From an uncultured Gemmatimonadales bacterium (GTDB lineage: Bacteria; Gemmatimonadota; Gemmatimonadetes; Gemmatimonadales; GWC2-71-9), in contig CAWGED010000019.1 in NCBI GenBank assembly GCA_963821525.1, positions 704,001 through 768,000 of the forward strand: a stretch of DNA of 64,000 bases, in the 5' to 3' direction. The position numbers and the translations under genes are program-made. The notes beneath the pieces are model-generated. The model saw only the letters and a program-made list of their open reading frames with translations, was not told the origin of the DNA and made no database searches. Positions 9,964-20,976 of the stretch are shown piece by piece (within the stretch, counting starts at the first letter, position 1; every line of letters starts with the position of its first letter).

Positions 9964-10566
9964 ATGGCTGAGCCGCGGGAACTCGTCACTCTCACCGATC
10001 AGGAAGTCGTTGCCCTCGCCCGGGACGGCCGCGAAGCCGCCTACCGCGAGTTGATCCGCAGATACGAGCGCCCGGTGTTCTCGCTGGTCCTTCGGATGGT
10101 GCGTGATCGGCAACTCGCGGAAGACCTTTCTCAAGAAACCTTCATCAAAGCGCTCAACGCGATTGGATCGTACCGGCCGGAGTACAAATTCTCCAGCTGG
10201 ATCTTCAAGATCGCGAACAATGCCGCGATCGATCATCTGAGACGTCGCGAGCTGGACACCCTGTCGCTCGACGGGGCGCCGCACGCTGCGACACCGGAAG
10301 AAATCGAAGCCACGGCCCTCCAGGTGGGAGACAAGGGGGAAACGCCTCTCGAAGAACTCGAGGCTCGTGAGCTGGGCAGCGCCATCGAGCGTGCCATCGC
10401 GCAACTCCGACCGGAGTATCGCGCCTGCATTCTGCTGCGTCATGTCGAGGGTCTGGCGTATGAAGAAATCGCCCAATCGCTCGACCTGCCGCTCGGTACT
10501 GTGAAGACCTATATCCATCGTGCTCGACACGAACTCAGAGACCTTCTCGCACATCTGAAACAGTGA
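9964..10566 (+). CDS. ECF RNA polymerase sigma factor (SigW/RpoE-like)
   Basis: Region 2 AEDLSQETFIKA...FSSWIFKIANNAAIDHLRR; region 4 YEEIAQSLDLPLGTVKTYIHRAR. Confidence 0.95.
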   Translation: MAEPRELVTLTDQEVVALARDGREAAYRELIRRYERPVFSLVLRMVRDRQLAEDLSQETFIKALNAIGSYRPEYKFSSWIFKIANNAAIDHLRRRELDTLSLDGAPHAATPEEIEATALQVGDKGETPLEELEARELGSAIERAIAQLRPEYRACILLRHVEGLAYEEIAQSLDLPLGTVKTYIHRARHELRDLLAHLKQ

Positions 10567-10592
10567 AACCCATGTCCACACCCCGCCGTAAA
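10564..10592 (+). promoter_or_regulatory. Candidate ECF (SigW-type) promoter TGAAAC-N17-CGTAAA
   Basis: TGAAAC 10564-10569 overlaps the sigma stop codon; CGTA 10587-10590; anti-sigma ATG at 10604. Confidence 0.55.
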
Positions 10593-10603
10593 GCCACGCG
10601 TCT

Positions 10604-11398
10604 ATGACCGATCACACCTTGCACTTGCGCCCCGACGAGCTGGACCTGCTTCTGGAAGGCAGGCTCCCTACTGATCGGACGTCACACATCGAAACGTGCG
10701 AGGAATGCCGCTCTGCTTTGGATGAATTGCGGGACGTAGTGGCGCAGTTGAATGCCCTCCCGGCGCTGGAGCCGCCTGCGGGATTTTCCGAACTCGTGAT
10801 GGCCTCGGTGCGAGTCACACCGCTTGCGGTTGGACAGCACCTCACTGCCGATGATCTCGACGCGTGGCTCGCCGGGGCGTTGCACCAGGAGGGACGGAAT
10901 CACCTTTGGGCCTGCACCGAATGCCGGCAACTGGCGGACGCTGAGCGCGCCCTGGTTTATCGGCTGGAACAGCTCCCGCTTTTCCAGCCTGGAGCGCGTT
11001 TCGAAGAGCGTGTGATGGCCAAGGTGGCGATCCCGAAGAGTTGGCGCTCGCGGATCTTCGCCAGCCGGCGTTCGGTTGCCTTGGCGGCGGGACTGGGCAG
11101 TCTGGTCGTTGGATCGATGGGTGCAAGCGTGGCATGGAGTCTTACCCACCAGGATACTCTGGCCGCGCTGGGTACCTGGGCCACTACGGTTGCGACCCAA
11201 TGGACCCTGGCAGCAGCACAGGGCATTGGCTCCCGCATCCTCGCGCAGCCCTGGGTCCTGGAGCTTCGCTCCGCGGCGAGCCCGGGCCGGATAGCAGCGC
11301 TCACCGCGGGAGCGACCGCTCTTTATACTGGCGGTCTCTTCGCGATGCGCCGGCTCCTGGCCTTGCCCGCTCCGCGAGTGGCTCGTGCCCTTCCATAA
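10604..11398 (+). CDS. Membrane anti-sigma factor with two tandem zinc-finger (ZAS/zf-HC2-like) domains
   Basis: H...HIETCEEC and H...HLWACTEC repeats, each followed by a P..F..xVMA segment, then TM helices; directly downstream of the ECF sigma. Confidence 0.8.
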   Translation: MTDHTLHLRPDELDLLLEGRLPTDRTSHIETCEECRSALDELRDVVAQLNALPALEPPAGFSELVMASVRVTPLAVGQHLTADDLDAWLAGALHQEGRNHLWACTECRQLADAERALVYRLEQLPLFQPGARFEERVMAKVAIPKSWRSRIFASRRSVALAAGLGSLVVGSMGASVAWSLTHQDTLAALGTWATTVATQWTLAAAQGIGSRILAQPWVLELRSAASPGRIAALTAGATALYTGGLFAMRRLLALPAPRVARALP

Positions 11399-12974
11399 GA
11401 GAGCGCTGATTCTTGGTCTCGGGTGGGCGCTGGTCCTGGCCCGCCCGGTTCATGCTGCGTGCGACCCTGACGACAGATTCACCGACACGTTCTCCGCCTC
11501 AATCACATTCTTCCGCCAGTTGTTCCACGACGAACCCCCTCGGGTGGTTCGGGATCACATCGTCTCGATTTCTTCGCAGGCCAGCTCCCTCACCTTCGAG
11601 TACGAGGATGGAGGAACCCTGCGCATCTCCCTGCACGACGGGCAGCTGCAGATCGATGATCGGGTGGTGGGCCGGTTCCCTCAGGGTGGTGCGCTGGAGA
11701 CGAGTTGGCGGCAGTTCGTCCTCGAAGCAGCGCGGATCGGGACGGGAGAAGTTCTGACCCTCGCCAGAGACTGGCAGCCGGATGGACTGAGTCGCGATGA
11801 GCAGGGTCTCGTCTCACTGGTGCAGGAGCGGCTCGCCGCGCTGAGCGCGCCAGAAGCCGGAGCCGGGCTGCCACAGGCCGTGCCGCCAGCCGACGCCGGC
11901 GGTCTGGTCATCGATATCTCGGACCTGAGCGATCCTGATCATCTCGAGCCGCTCTTCCGCCGGGCAGCGGGACTCGAGGGCACTGGGTTGCGGGTGACCG
12001 TGCCGGGAGGCCAGGCCCGCGCCGGTCACTTCAGCATCGGCTCCGGCGAGACCGTGAAGGGACCGTTGCTGGTGATCCGGGGCGACGCGGATGTATTCGG
12101 AACGCTCGAGGGAAATCTCGCCACCGTAGACGGCAACGTGACAGTGTATCCCGGGGCGGTCGTAACCGGAGACGTCCTCGCCGTAGCCGGTGACGTGCGC
12201 GATCGTGGCGGGGAAATCCGTGGGGAGATTCGAACCCTCCGAGCCCAACCCACTCCCCCTCAGCCTACTCCGCCTCCCGAACCCGCACCAAGCCGTCTCG
12301 GGCTCACCGCGCGCAATGCCGCAGGGCTCGCCGGTGTCTTCATCACTCTGCTGCTGATCGGGACCGGCATGGTGATGTTCGCGAGACCGCCGCTGGAAGT
12401 GGTCTCGGATACCGTGGCGCACTCCTTCGGGCGGGCATTCCTGGTGGGGCTGCTCGGCCAGATCCTGCTGCTCCCGACCTTCGGCATGCTGGTGGTCGGG
12501 CTGATCTTGAGCGTCGCGGGGATCCTCCTGCTCCCCTTCGCGGTCATCGTGTACGGCCTACTGGTCGTGGTCGCGGTCCTGGGCGGCTTCCTCGCCGTGG
12601 CTCACGCCATGGGAGAGCGCTATACCAGGCGCCAGTTGGCGCTCGGCGCTTCAATGACAAGCGCGAACAGCTATCGCTACGTCACGGTCGGGCTGGTCGG
12701 CATCCTGACACTCTGGGCCGTCTGGGTCTTCTTCGGCTGGGTGCCGGTTGCCGGGACCTTGCTGCTCGCCGCGGCGGCGCTGGTGACCTGGTTGCTGGCG
12801 ACGGTCGGATTCGGTGCAGCGTTGCTGAGCCGCGCCGGGTATCGCGAAGAGTTTGCCGGACGCCTGCTACCGGCCGAAGCGCTCACCGACGAATTCCTGT
12901 GGGCGACACCGCAGTTTGGAGTCCCTGCCCAGAGCAGGCCCGGCACTCGCACTCCACCACCTCCTTACCGCTAG
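11385..12974 (+). CDS. Membrane protein with a bactofilin-like beta-helix region and C-terminal TM bundle
   Basis: Signal-like N-terminus, repeats GDADVFGTLEGNLATVDGNVTVYPGAVVTGDVLAVAGDV, Pro-rich linker, about 5-6 TM helices. Confidence 0.7.
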   Translation: MPFHKRALILGLGWALVLARPVHAACDPDDRFTDTFSASITFFRQLFHDEPPRVVRDHIVSISSQASSLTFEYEDGGTLRISLHDGQLQIDDRVVGRFPQGGALETSWRQFVLEAARIGTGEVLTLARDWQPDGLSRDEQGLVSLVQERLAALSAPEAGAGLPQAVPPADAGGLVIDISDLSDPDHLEPLFRRAAGLEGTGLRVTVPGGQARAGHFSIGSGETVKGPLLVIRGDADVFGTLEGNLATVDGNVTVYPGAVVTGDVLAVAGDVRDRGGEIRGEIRTLRAQPTPPQPTPPPEPAPSRLGLTARNAAGLAGVFITLLLIGTGMVMFARPPLEVVSDTVAHSFGRAFLVGLLGQILLLPTFGMLVVGLILSVAGILLLPFAVIVYGLLVVVAVLGGFLAVAHAMGERYTRRQLALGASMTSANSYRYVTVGLVGILTLWAVWVFFGWVPVAGTLLLAAAALVTWLLATVGFGAALLSRAGYREEFAGRLLPAEALTDEFLWATPQFGVPAQSRPGTRTPPPPYR

Positions 12975-12977
12975 ACC

Positions 12978-13835
12978 ATGCGCCGTGCTTCCGGGGCATT
13001 CGCCGTGCTTCTTCTGCTTTGGCTGATCGCACCCAGTACGCCGCTCTCCGCGCAGGACTACCGCACCGTGACCCTGTCCAAGCAGTACCGGGGACAGGAC
13101 AGCCTGCAGGCCGAGATCGAATTTGCCGCCGGGGTATTGAAGGTCCGGCCGGGATCGCCGGGGTCGCTCTATCGCATGGAGCTTTCCTATGATCCCCAGC
13201 GTTTCGCGCCGCTCAGCAAGGTGGACAGCAGCGGGACCGATCTCCGCCTCGGCATCAAGAGCAGCGGACAGGCGGGAATCAGTGTGGGACTCAAGAACGA
13301 TCGCCCGCAGGATGGGCTGATCGAGCTCAACCCCCGCACGATTCTTTCTCTGGACGTCTCCCTTGGCGCCGCCCAAGCCGATCTGGATCTCGGTGGACTC
13401 CGCGTCTCTCAGGCCGAGATCCGGACCGGGGCCAGCGAGACCACGCTGCGGTTCAGCTCACCCAACCGGGTGCAGTGCGAGCAGATGAGCATCAGCGTTG
13501 GAGCCGCGGAATTCTCGGCTTACCAGCTGGGCAACAGCGATTGCAAGACGATCAGCGTGGATGGAGGCGTGGGTGGCGTGCTGGTTGACCTGACTGGCGC
13601 CTGGAAGCGCGACGCGACGATAACTCTGGCGGTGGCCCTGGGCGACATCTCGTTGGTTCTGCCCAAGGAAGTCGGTGTCGAGCTGACGCTGGACCGCTTC
13701 CTCTCGAACTTCAATCCCGAGGGATTCGTCCATGAGGGCAGGGTCTACCGCTCGCTGAACTATTCCACTGCCGGGCGCAGACTTTCCCTGTCTCTCACCA
13801 GCACGGTTGGAGTGGTGAAAGTGGAGTGGAAGTGA
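12978..13835 (+). CDS. Exported LiaF/DUF2154-like beta-solenoid protein
   Basis: Signal peptide; repeated LDVSLGAAQADLDLGGL / VDGGVGGVLVDLTG / LGDISLVLP; last gene of the ECF operon. Confidence 0.6.
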   Translation: MRRASGAFAVLLLLWLIAPSTPLSAQDYRTVTLSKQYRGQDSLQAEIEFAAGVLKVRPGSPGSLYRMELSYDPQRFAPLSKVDSSGTDLRLGIKSSGQAGISVGLKNDRPQDGLIELNPRTILSLDVSLGAAQADLDLGGLRVSQAEIRTGASETTLRFSSPNRVQCEQMSISVGAAEFSAYQLGNSDCKTISVDGGVGGVLVDLTGAWKRDATITLAVALGDISLVLPKEVGVELTLDRFLSNFNPEGFVHEGRVYRSLNYSTAGRRLSLSLTSTVGVVKVEWK

Positions 13836-13882
13836 ACATCGCTCAGCGGGATGGCGATACTGTTTGAGACTATCGTCCTGCA

Positions 13883-15776
13883 TCACTTCCGAACCACATC
13901 GAGGATACGCTTGCGTTGCCCCGGCGTGACCATATCCCGGGCAACCACATCTCTGGAGATTCGCGCCACGAAGGAATATCCGCGCGGTTCCGCAATCAGC
14001 CACCGTTGCCATTCCAGCTCGTCCAGAGCTTCGTGGAGCGCCTGGCCATCGACTCCGCTGCCCAGGCTCAGATCCGTGCTGTTCACGCGGTCCCCCAGCA
14101 CGGCCGCCGCCCCAAGCACGCGCTGAGCCGTCGTCGTCAGCTTCCGAAATCCAATTCGTATGGCCGCCACGACAGCATCGGGAAGATCCCCGGGGAGCGT
14201 TTCACTGAGCGTCCGGAGCGGGCTGGGCCAGGCACCATCGCTCTGACGCAGATCCAGTCCCAATGCCACCGCGTGTAGTAGTTCAACGACCAGCAGCGGC
14301 AGGCCGGCGGAGTCCATCGCCACCCGCCGTGCGACCCGATCCAGCTCCGTCTCGGTGAACCGGGGAAGCGCCCAGCGAGCCAGTTCGTGAATGGCCGCGA
14401 CCTTCAACGGTTCCACCTGCACGACCGTTCCGGGAACATCTCTCGGGATCCGGACGCGAATGGCATCGACCTCGGGCCGCGCCTCCTGCAGGGTAGTAGT
14501 GAACACCACGAAAAGGGGAGCGGCGCGACCGTCACGGAGGACCGCGCCCAAGGCGAGAATCGATTCCCGGTCGGAACTCTGAACGTCATCCACCGCGAGC
14601 AACACTGGCTGTTCCTGGCTGATGGCAGCGAAGACCTCGATGAAGGCTCGACCAACGGTGAGACCAGCGGCCTCGGATGGCGAGTAACGATCGGCCCATT
14701 CAGGAATCCGTGCCTGCCAGGACGCCAAGACTCTGCGGGGTGGCCGAGGAGAGGCCTGGCATGTCCAGCATGCCTCCTCGAGCGAGGCCAATCAGAGTCG
14801 CGAAGGGCTCGGTCGAGTCTGCTTGCACCGCGCGGACAGCGGCGACCGAGGCTCGATCAAGCCGGGCGCGCTCCAGCAACTCTTCGAGTAGGCGGGTCTT
14901 GCCGGTACCGGAGTCACCCTCGATGATGGCGATGGTCCCGCGCTTCTGTTCCCGGCACGTCGTCCATGCCTCGAGCAGGCGGCCAAGATCTTCACCCCGC
15001 GCCACGAGCGGCGCGCGGCGCGAATAGGCACTCGCCGATTCGAGGGCATCCGGGGCCAGATTCCATCCCCGCCCTCGGCGGATCCGCTCCGCCAGAGCAA
15101 CGGTCTCCTGCTCGGGAGCGACTCCGTTCGACTGGGACAGCCCGGCGCTCAGCCGCTCGAATTCCGCCAGAGCGCCCGCCCGATCTCCGCTGATCGCCAG
15201 TCCCTTCATGAGGGCCCGGGCTGCGCCTTCGGCGAGCGGATCGAGCCCCAGTGCCCGGCGGGCCAACTCGATCCCCTTTAGCATGCTGCCACTTCCCAGG
15301 CTTTCCCCGGCTGCACGACTCAGGGCCTGGGTCCCGAGCCGGCGCCACGCCTCGCGTTCGTGTCGCAGCCAATCTTCGAAGTCGGAAGCTCCCGGAACTC
15401 CGAATCCCTCGAGGAACTCGCCTCCTACCAGATCGGCGGCCTCGCTCCACTTTCCAGCGGCGACCAGCGTCTCGAACCATTCGGTGTCCAGCTCCAACGA
15501 ATTGGCCACGATGTGCACCTGACGGGCATCACTCTGTACCGCGTCTTCACCGACGGCGCGGCGCAGCACTCTGAGCGCTTCGTTGAGCGAATGGCGCGCC
15601 TGGGTTTCCTGTTTCTCCGGCCACAACAATCCCACGAGGTGGTCGCGGGTGCGGCCCCGGGGTGAGCGTGCCAGATAGACCAGGAGTGCCAGGTTCTTCC
15701 GCCAGAGGAGTTCCTGCGGAGCGGGACCTCCGTCGGCAGTGACTTCGACCGGGCCCAACAGTCGGCAGCGAATCAC
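13883..15776 (-). CDS. SARP-like regulator: wHTH + BTAD + AAA ATPase (frameshift near 14720)
   Basis: CRLLGPVEV, LALLVYLA, GEFLEGF...FEDWL, DPLAEGAARALM, Walker A GDSGTGKT, Walker B LLAVDDVQ, SAGLPLLVVELL. Confidence 0.88.
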
Positions 15777-15789
15777 GAGGAACAATCCT

Positions 15790-18661
15790 TCAGCTGCCCG
15801 ATCCGCGCCTGCTTGAGGTCGGTAAAGGAGGGCTCGGCGTTGCTCCACAGCTCACGGACCCGCCGCGCCAGATCGCAGGCGCTGCAGGTGCGCCCCGCCG
15901 CGCGATCGACTTCGGCTTGAAGCAGCCGGCCGTAAACCGCCCATCATGCCGTCTACGTCCCTTGCCTCCAGATCGTGCTGCGGCCAGCCCTCGATATCCT
16001 CGGAATTGTGGAACCAGAGGCGTGTGCATCCGCCGGCAGTGTCTCCGAGCAGGCAGCTGCCAGTTGATCCGCGCAGGTACAGTACCGAGCGGGCAAAGGG
16101 ATCCTGCACCACGTCCTGCCGTGAGCGTAGGAGATCAGTGCATCCGGATGGCGCAGCGCATCTTCCGCTCCGTCCCCGAGCCGCCAATTGCAATGCAGCG
16201 GTTACCAATGCGCGAAGCCTCGCGGCAGCCGGGCATCGTCATCCGGGTCGCGAACTATAGCGCCGCCACAGTATCCCCGCTGCTCTCTGCGTCCACCGCG
16301 AGGGCCCAGAGCGCGCGGGTCCCCATGGCATCCGTATGGCCGGCGACTGTCCTGAGCCAGAGCCAGGCCGCTACTCGCGCTGCGCGACCGAAACCCCGGG
16401 AGACCAAGATCGCCGGGATCACTCTCCACTCGGCACGCTCGACCAGGCCGTCGGGCCGATTCCACATGAACGCTGCCGTGTCGAGCTGAGGAAGCGCAGC
16501 CAAAGGACGGCCGAGGGACATCGAGCGCCAGTCCCTGCGCCCGGTGACCATTCGCCCGCGCGTGTCTCGAATCCAGCCCGTTCCGCGCCAGGATCTTGCC
16601 GAGGGCCAGTTGTGCATCCGGGAATATCGAAGGAGATAGCCCAGTCGGCAGAAGCGATTCATGCTTTCCATGGTGGTGGAATCGGCAGTCAGGCCGACGT
16701 ACCAGCGCTTGACGCTGGCGCGCCAGGGGCGGAACCGCTCGTCGTAGGCAAACTTGAGAAATCTGCCGACGCTGCAGTATCCTCCTGCTCCCCCGAGAGC
16801 GGTAATACTGAGCCTGGTACCGAGGGTGGAGTCGGCTTGGGCCCGGCGGCCCAGACGCAGATAGCCATAGAAGAGATGATCGTAGGCCGGCATCTGCTCG
16901 AGGTCCGGATCGATAGCCACCGCGGAGTCGAACTGGGCCAGTGGCCGAATCAAGCGGATAACCGACCAGCGGGCCACGGTGGAAGAGCTCGTCGGCATAC
17001 ACGAAGCGGACATAGCCGTCCTGCGGGAAGGCGCGGCAGTAGTGCGATAGAGCTCGAAACTCCGGTGCAGGTCGGATCCAGCAGGGCTGCGGATCAGAGC
17101 GCGATACTGTTCGGGAAGCTCCGGGCCCGGGTCCTTCATAGAGATTCTTCAGGTGTGCGCCAACGGCAGGCGGAGGAAGCGATAGACGATGCCGAGCCGC
17201 CATGAGGCGTGGAGGAACGTCGAGTCGGCAGCCAGGGCTGCTTCGTAATGGTGGCGGGCGGAGTTGTAGGCATCACGCTGAAAATCCGTTCTCGCCCGCG
17301 AAAATTGGGCGTAGGCCGCCCGGTCCGAGTTGGGATTCGCCCGCTTTCTCAGCCCCAGTAGTAATCCCAGTATGCGGGAAGACAGCTGATGGACGATCGA
17401 GTCGGCTGCGGAACGACTCCAGCGATGGGATCGGTCGGGTCGCCAGGCCACAGTCAGGACATGGAGGGCTCCGGCTCACTTGTCCCGAACCGTCATGCGC
17501 AACACCCATCCCTCGGCTGGCGGAGCAGTAGCCCGGATACCACCTGTCGGGCGCGGAGATCTCTGCGAGCCCGCACCTCGCGCAGTAGCGGAGGAACGGA
17601 ATCGATCCAACAGGCGACCGTGCGCCTCTGGCGTCACCCGCAGGCGACCAAACCAGTCGACCTCGAACTGGACCATTCGAGCGAAATCGTCTGCCGCCCA
17701 CTCCGGGAGATCCCCCACTCACAGTAAACGGCAGAAACGCCAGGTCCGAACGCCCGGCGGCGGCAGGACGAAGGCTGAGGCTTTGGGCCAGAAAAACATG
17801 GCGCCTACGATCAGACCCGCGGCCAATGCGAAGGCGAGCGGGAGTCGTCCGAGTTCGGCTTCCGCTCCAGGGAGGCCAGCGCGTTCTCGAAGGCCGAGTC
17901 GCGGTGGGCCAACGGTCGGCTGGGCAGGCTGCAGTGCACGCTTGAGAACCTTGGCCATGCCGGAGGGCACACCGGTCCAGTCGCCCAGGCGCGGCGGAGT
18001 GTGCATCCGCCAGTGCCGTCCCGTCATCGCCTCATACAACACGAGTCCCGCGGAATAGAGATCGGACCGCCCGTCGACCGGCTCCCCGCTCGCCTGCTCC
18101 GGGCTCATGTAGACGACGGTACCGATCTGTTGACCTGGAGTCGTCAGTTCGGTCTCCGAATCGGTCCGCGCGGAGTGGGCAATGCCGAAGTCACTGATCA
18201 GGGCCCGGCCTTCGACCATGAAAATGTTCGAGGGCTTGATGTCGCGATGAACGACGTCGATACGGTGCGCCGCGGCAAGGCCATTCAGGACTCCCATGCC
18301 CATGCGGCGGGCCTCATCGGGAGTAAACCGGCCCCGCTTCAGCTGGGTGGCGAGCGTTTCGTCACCCAGATAGTCCATGACTGTAGTAAGAGAGGCCGCC
18401 CTTTTCCTGGACGTTGTGGATCGAGACTACATGAGGATGGGGTGCCAGCCGGGCGAGGTGCCGTGCTTCGTTGAGGAACCGCTTCTGCAATACGGCGATG
18501 GCAAGCTCGGGATTGAGAACCTTGATCGCGATGGGACGGTCGAGGGCAGGATCGTAGCCCAGATATACCAATCCCATTCCACCGCTGCCGAGCAGCCGTA
18601 GAAGGGAATAGTCGGGCGCCAGGACCTTCCCCAGCCGATCCATCAGCAAGGCGGGATCCAC
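15790..18661 (-). CDS. Hanks-type Ser/Thr protein kinase with TM segment and TPR-like C-terminus (multiple frameshifts; 3' end approximate)
   Basis: LGSGGMGLVY, AIKVL, HRDIKPSNI, DFGIA, GTVVYMSPEQ, DLYSAG; helical repeats in downstream frames. Confidence 0.82.
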
Positions 18662-18723
18662 GGTCCCCCTGCAGGGATAGCGTGAACCTACAGTGCGATC
18701 TTCCTGCGGACCAGCGTGCGTGC

Positions 18724-19482
18724 TTAACCCAGTCTGGCGCGCACCCTTCCTCCTACTCCGAGACCCAGCCGTCGGGCAGCCGAGCCGTCCCGCACCGCAA
18801 TTTCGACGGTTCCTCCCGATCCCAGATAAGCCACGAGTCCACCGGTCGGCACATCGCCGAAGGTGCGACGCAGCGGCCCAATAGAAAGTTCCTCGGCCTC
18901 GAGCACCGCGTAAGGGGGAACCAGGTCCGGGGTGAGGTTGGTGATCAGATTGCCGTAGCGGTCGATGAAGATGACTTCCCCGATCACACTCTTGCCCTGG
19001 TATTGGGGGTGCGCGCCCGATAACCGGACCGGAACCCTGCTGTAGGGCTGACCCAGAGACGAAACTGGTTCACCTCGAGCGAGCGCCGCCGCGGCGGGAG
19101 CGAACACATCTCGACCATGGAAAGTCGCCGAGGCAGCTTCAGGCAGCGGCAGGCTGACTGTCTCCACTTCGGTTCCGTGCAGAACTGCGCTGAAGACTCC
19201 GTTGTCCGGTCCCACAAAGCCGTGACCCTTCGCTGTGAACGCAAGCGCGCCTCTCGCCGTGCCCACGCCGGGATCCACCACCACCAGATGAACCGTTCCC
19301 GAGGGAAAGCGGGACCAGGTCCGTCCCAGGACATATGAGGCTGCCGGGAGGTCTCCCGGAGCAATTGAGTGGGTGATGTCAACCAGAGTGGACCCAGGGG
19401 CCAGGGAGAGGAGCACCCCCTTCATTTCACCGACGTAGGGGTCCGAGGTGCCGTAGTCTGTAAGGAGAGTTATCAGGGTCAC
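18724..19482 (-). CDS. SAM hydroxide adenosyltransferase / chlorinase-fluorinase family (DUF62)
   Basis: ITLLTDYG, VVVDPGVG, GPDNG, TFHGRDVFAP, DRYGNLITN. Confidence 0.93.
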   Translation of the reverse strand: MTLITLLTDYGTSDPYVGEMKGVLLSLAPGSTLVDITHSIAPGDLPAASYVLGRTWSRFPSGTVHLVVVDPGVGTARGALAFTAKGHGFVGPDNGVFSAVLHGTEVETVSLPLPEAASATFHGRDVFAPAAAALARGEPVSSLGQPYSRVPVRLSGAHPQYQGKSVIGEVIFIDRYGNLITNLTPDLVPPYAVLEAEELSIGPLRRTFGDVPTGGLVAYLGSGGTVEIAVRDGSAARRLGLGVGGRVRARLG

Positions 19483-19503
19483 CGGGATTGCGCCGCCGGC
19501 GCA

Positions 19504-20633
19504 TCACCCGCGCATGAATGGGCAGGGCGAACGTCTTCCCTCCAACCTGACGGTGCAGCACGTCGGCCAGTCCGGCGAGTGCGACGGCGGCGGGACTGGA
19601 GGGAGAGCCCACGATGACCGGGACGCCGCGATCGGCCTGCTCAGCCAGACCCGGCTGGAGCGGTATCGACCCCAGCAGCGGCACGCCAAGCTCCTCGGCG
19701 AGACGCTCGCCACCTCCGGAGGAGAAGAAGGCTATCCGCTTGCCGGTCTCAGGATCGATCGTAGGCTCCCATGTTTTCGACGACGCCGGCCACCGGGACC
19801 CCGACCCGCTCGAACATCTTGGCGCCACGCAACGCGTCACCCACCGCGACTTCCTGCGGGGTGGTGACGATCACCGCCGTCGCGACGTGGCAGGACTGGA
19901 CCAGCGAGAGTTGGGCATCGCCGGTGCCGGGCGGCAGGTCCACGATGAAGTAGTCGAGATCGCCCCAGTCCACGTCGCGCAGGAACTGCTGCACGATTTT
20001 CATGATGATCGGGCCGCGCCAGATCGCGGGCGCATCCCGGTCCACCAGGAAGCCGAGCGACATGAGCCGGACTCCATGGGCCACGTGCGGCTCGATTTTC
20101 CCGCCGACGACAGGCGGTTTTTCGAAGACCCCAAACATGCGGGGGATGTTGGGACCGTAGACATCCGCGTCCATGAGCCCGACCTGGTGCCCGGCCTGCG
20201 CCAGCGCGACGGCAAGGTTGGCCGACACTGTGGACTTGCCCACCCCGCCCTTCCCCGAGGAGATCGCGATGATCTTGCCGAGGTTGGGGAAGTCGCTGGC
20301 CGGCGGCGGGGCCGGCATTCCGGCGCTCTGCGGCGCCCCTGGTGGCGGATGGGTGGACTTGGCGGGACCACCGGGGTCCACGACGCTGATCCGGACCTCG
20401 GCGGGATTCACTCCCTCGACGGCGCGGACTGCGGCACGTGCCTCCCGGACCAGAGTCGCCGGATCCTCACGACCCAGCAAAAAGGTGAACGAGACCTTGC
20501 CGTTATCCTCGACGACCAGATCGCGCACCATGCCGGAGGACAGCAGATCGTTTTCGAGACGGGGGTTCTGGATCCGCGAAAGCGCCGCGGCGACTCTCGC
20601 GCTCAGTTCGGACATGTCCTGGGACCTCGGCAC
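19504..20633 (-). CDS. mrp: Mrp/NBP35 (ApbC) Fe-S carrier ATPase (frameshifts near 19760 and 19515)
   Basis: SGKGGVGKST, DADVYGP, WRGP, DLPPGTGDAQL, VTTPQ, GVVENM. Confidence 0.93.
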
Positions 20634-20656
20634 TGGCGGCTCGGCGGGTAAAGTGC

Positions 20657-20908
20657 TCAGATCGCCTCTACTTTGAGCACCTCGGGCACCAGCTCCTTCA
20701 GCCTGACCTCGATCCCCTGCTTGAGGGTAACGGTTGAAGCGGAGCAGCCATGACAGGTTCCGCCCAGGCGCAGAAGCAGGATCCCCTGGGCTTCATCGAA
20801 GTCCACCACTTCGACGCTACCCCGGTGGGAGGCAATGTAGGGACGCATCGAATCGAGCGTTTGCTCGATCCGAGCCAACAGATCGGGCTCAGTGTAGTTG
20901 CTGGTCAT
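20657..20908 (-). CDS. NifU-C/NfuA-like Fe-S scaffold
   Basis: RPYIASHRGSVE, LGGTCHGCSASTVTLKQGIE. Confidence 0.9.
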   Translation of the reverse strand: MTSNYTEPDLLARIEQTLDSMRPYIASHRGSVEVVDFDEAQGILLLRLGGTCHGCSASTVTLKQGIEVRLKELVPEVLKVEAI

Positions 20909-20976
20909 CCTCTCAAATCCTTACGTCTCCACGTCTCAACTTACGATATCCCCACTTCCCAGAAAGGTAATCCCCC

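Noticed and set aside
13883..18661. Anti-phage Avs/STAND defence system
   Set aside because: The N-terminus is wHTH-BTAD (a transcription regulator) with no nuclease, TIR or SIR2 effector, and there is no defence-island context.
18724..19482. Halogenase (fluorinase/chlorinase) biosynthetic cluster
   Set aside because: Housekeeping context (mrp, nfuA, nrnA) with no biosynthetic genes; DUF62 SAM hydrolase is the default call.
20913..20976. Weak repeat (ttacgtctccacgtctca) between nfuA and nrnA
   Set aside because: Only about two units and no counter-arm; it may be a decayed element but I cannot support that.
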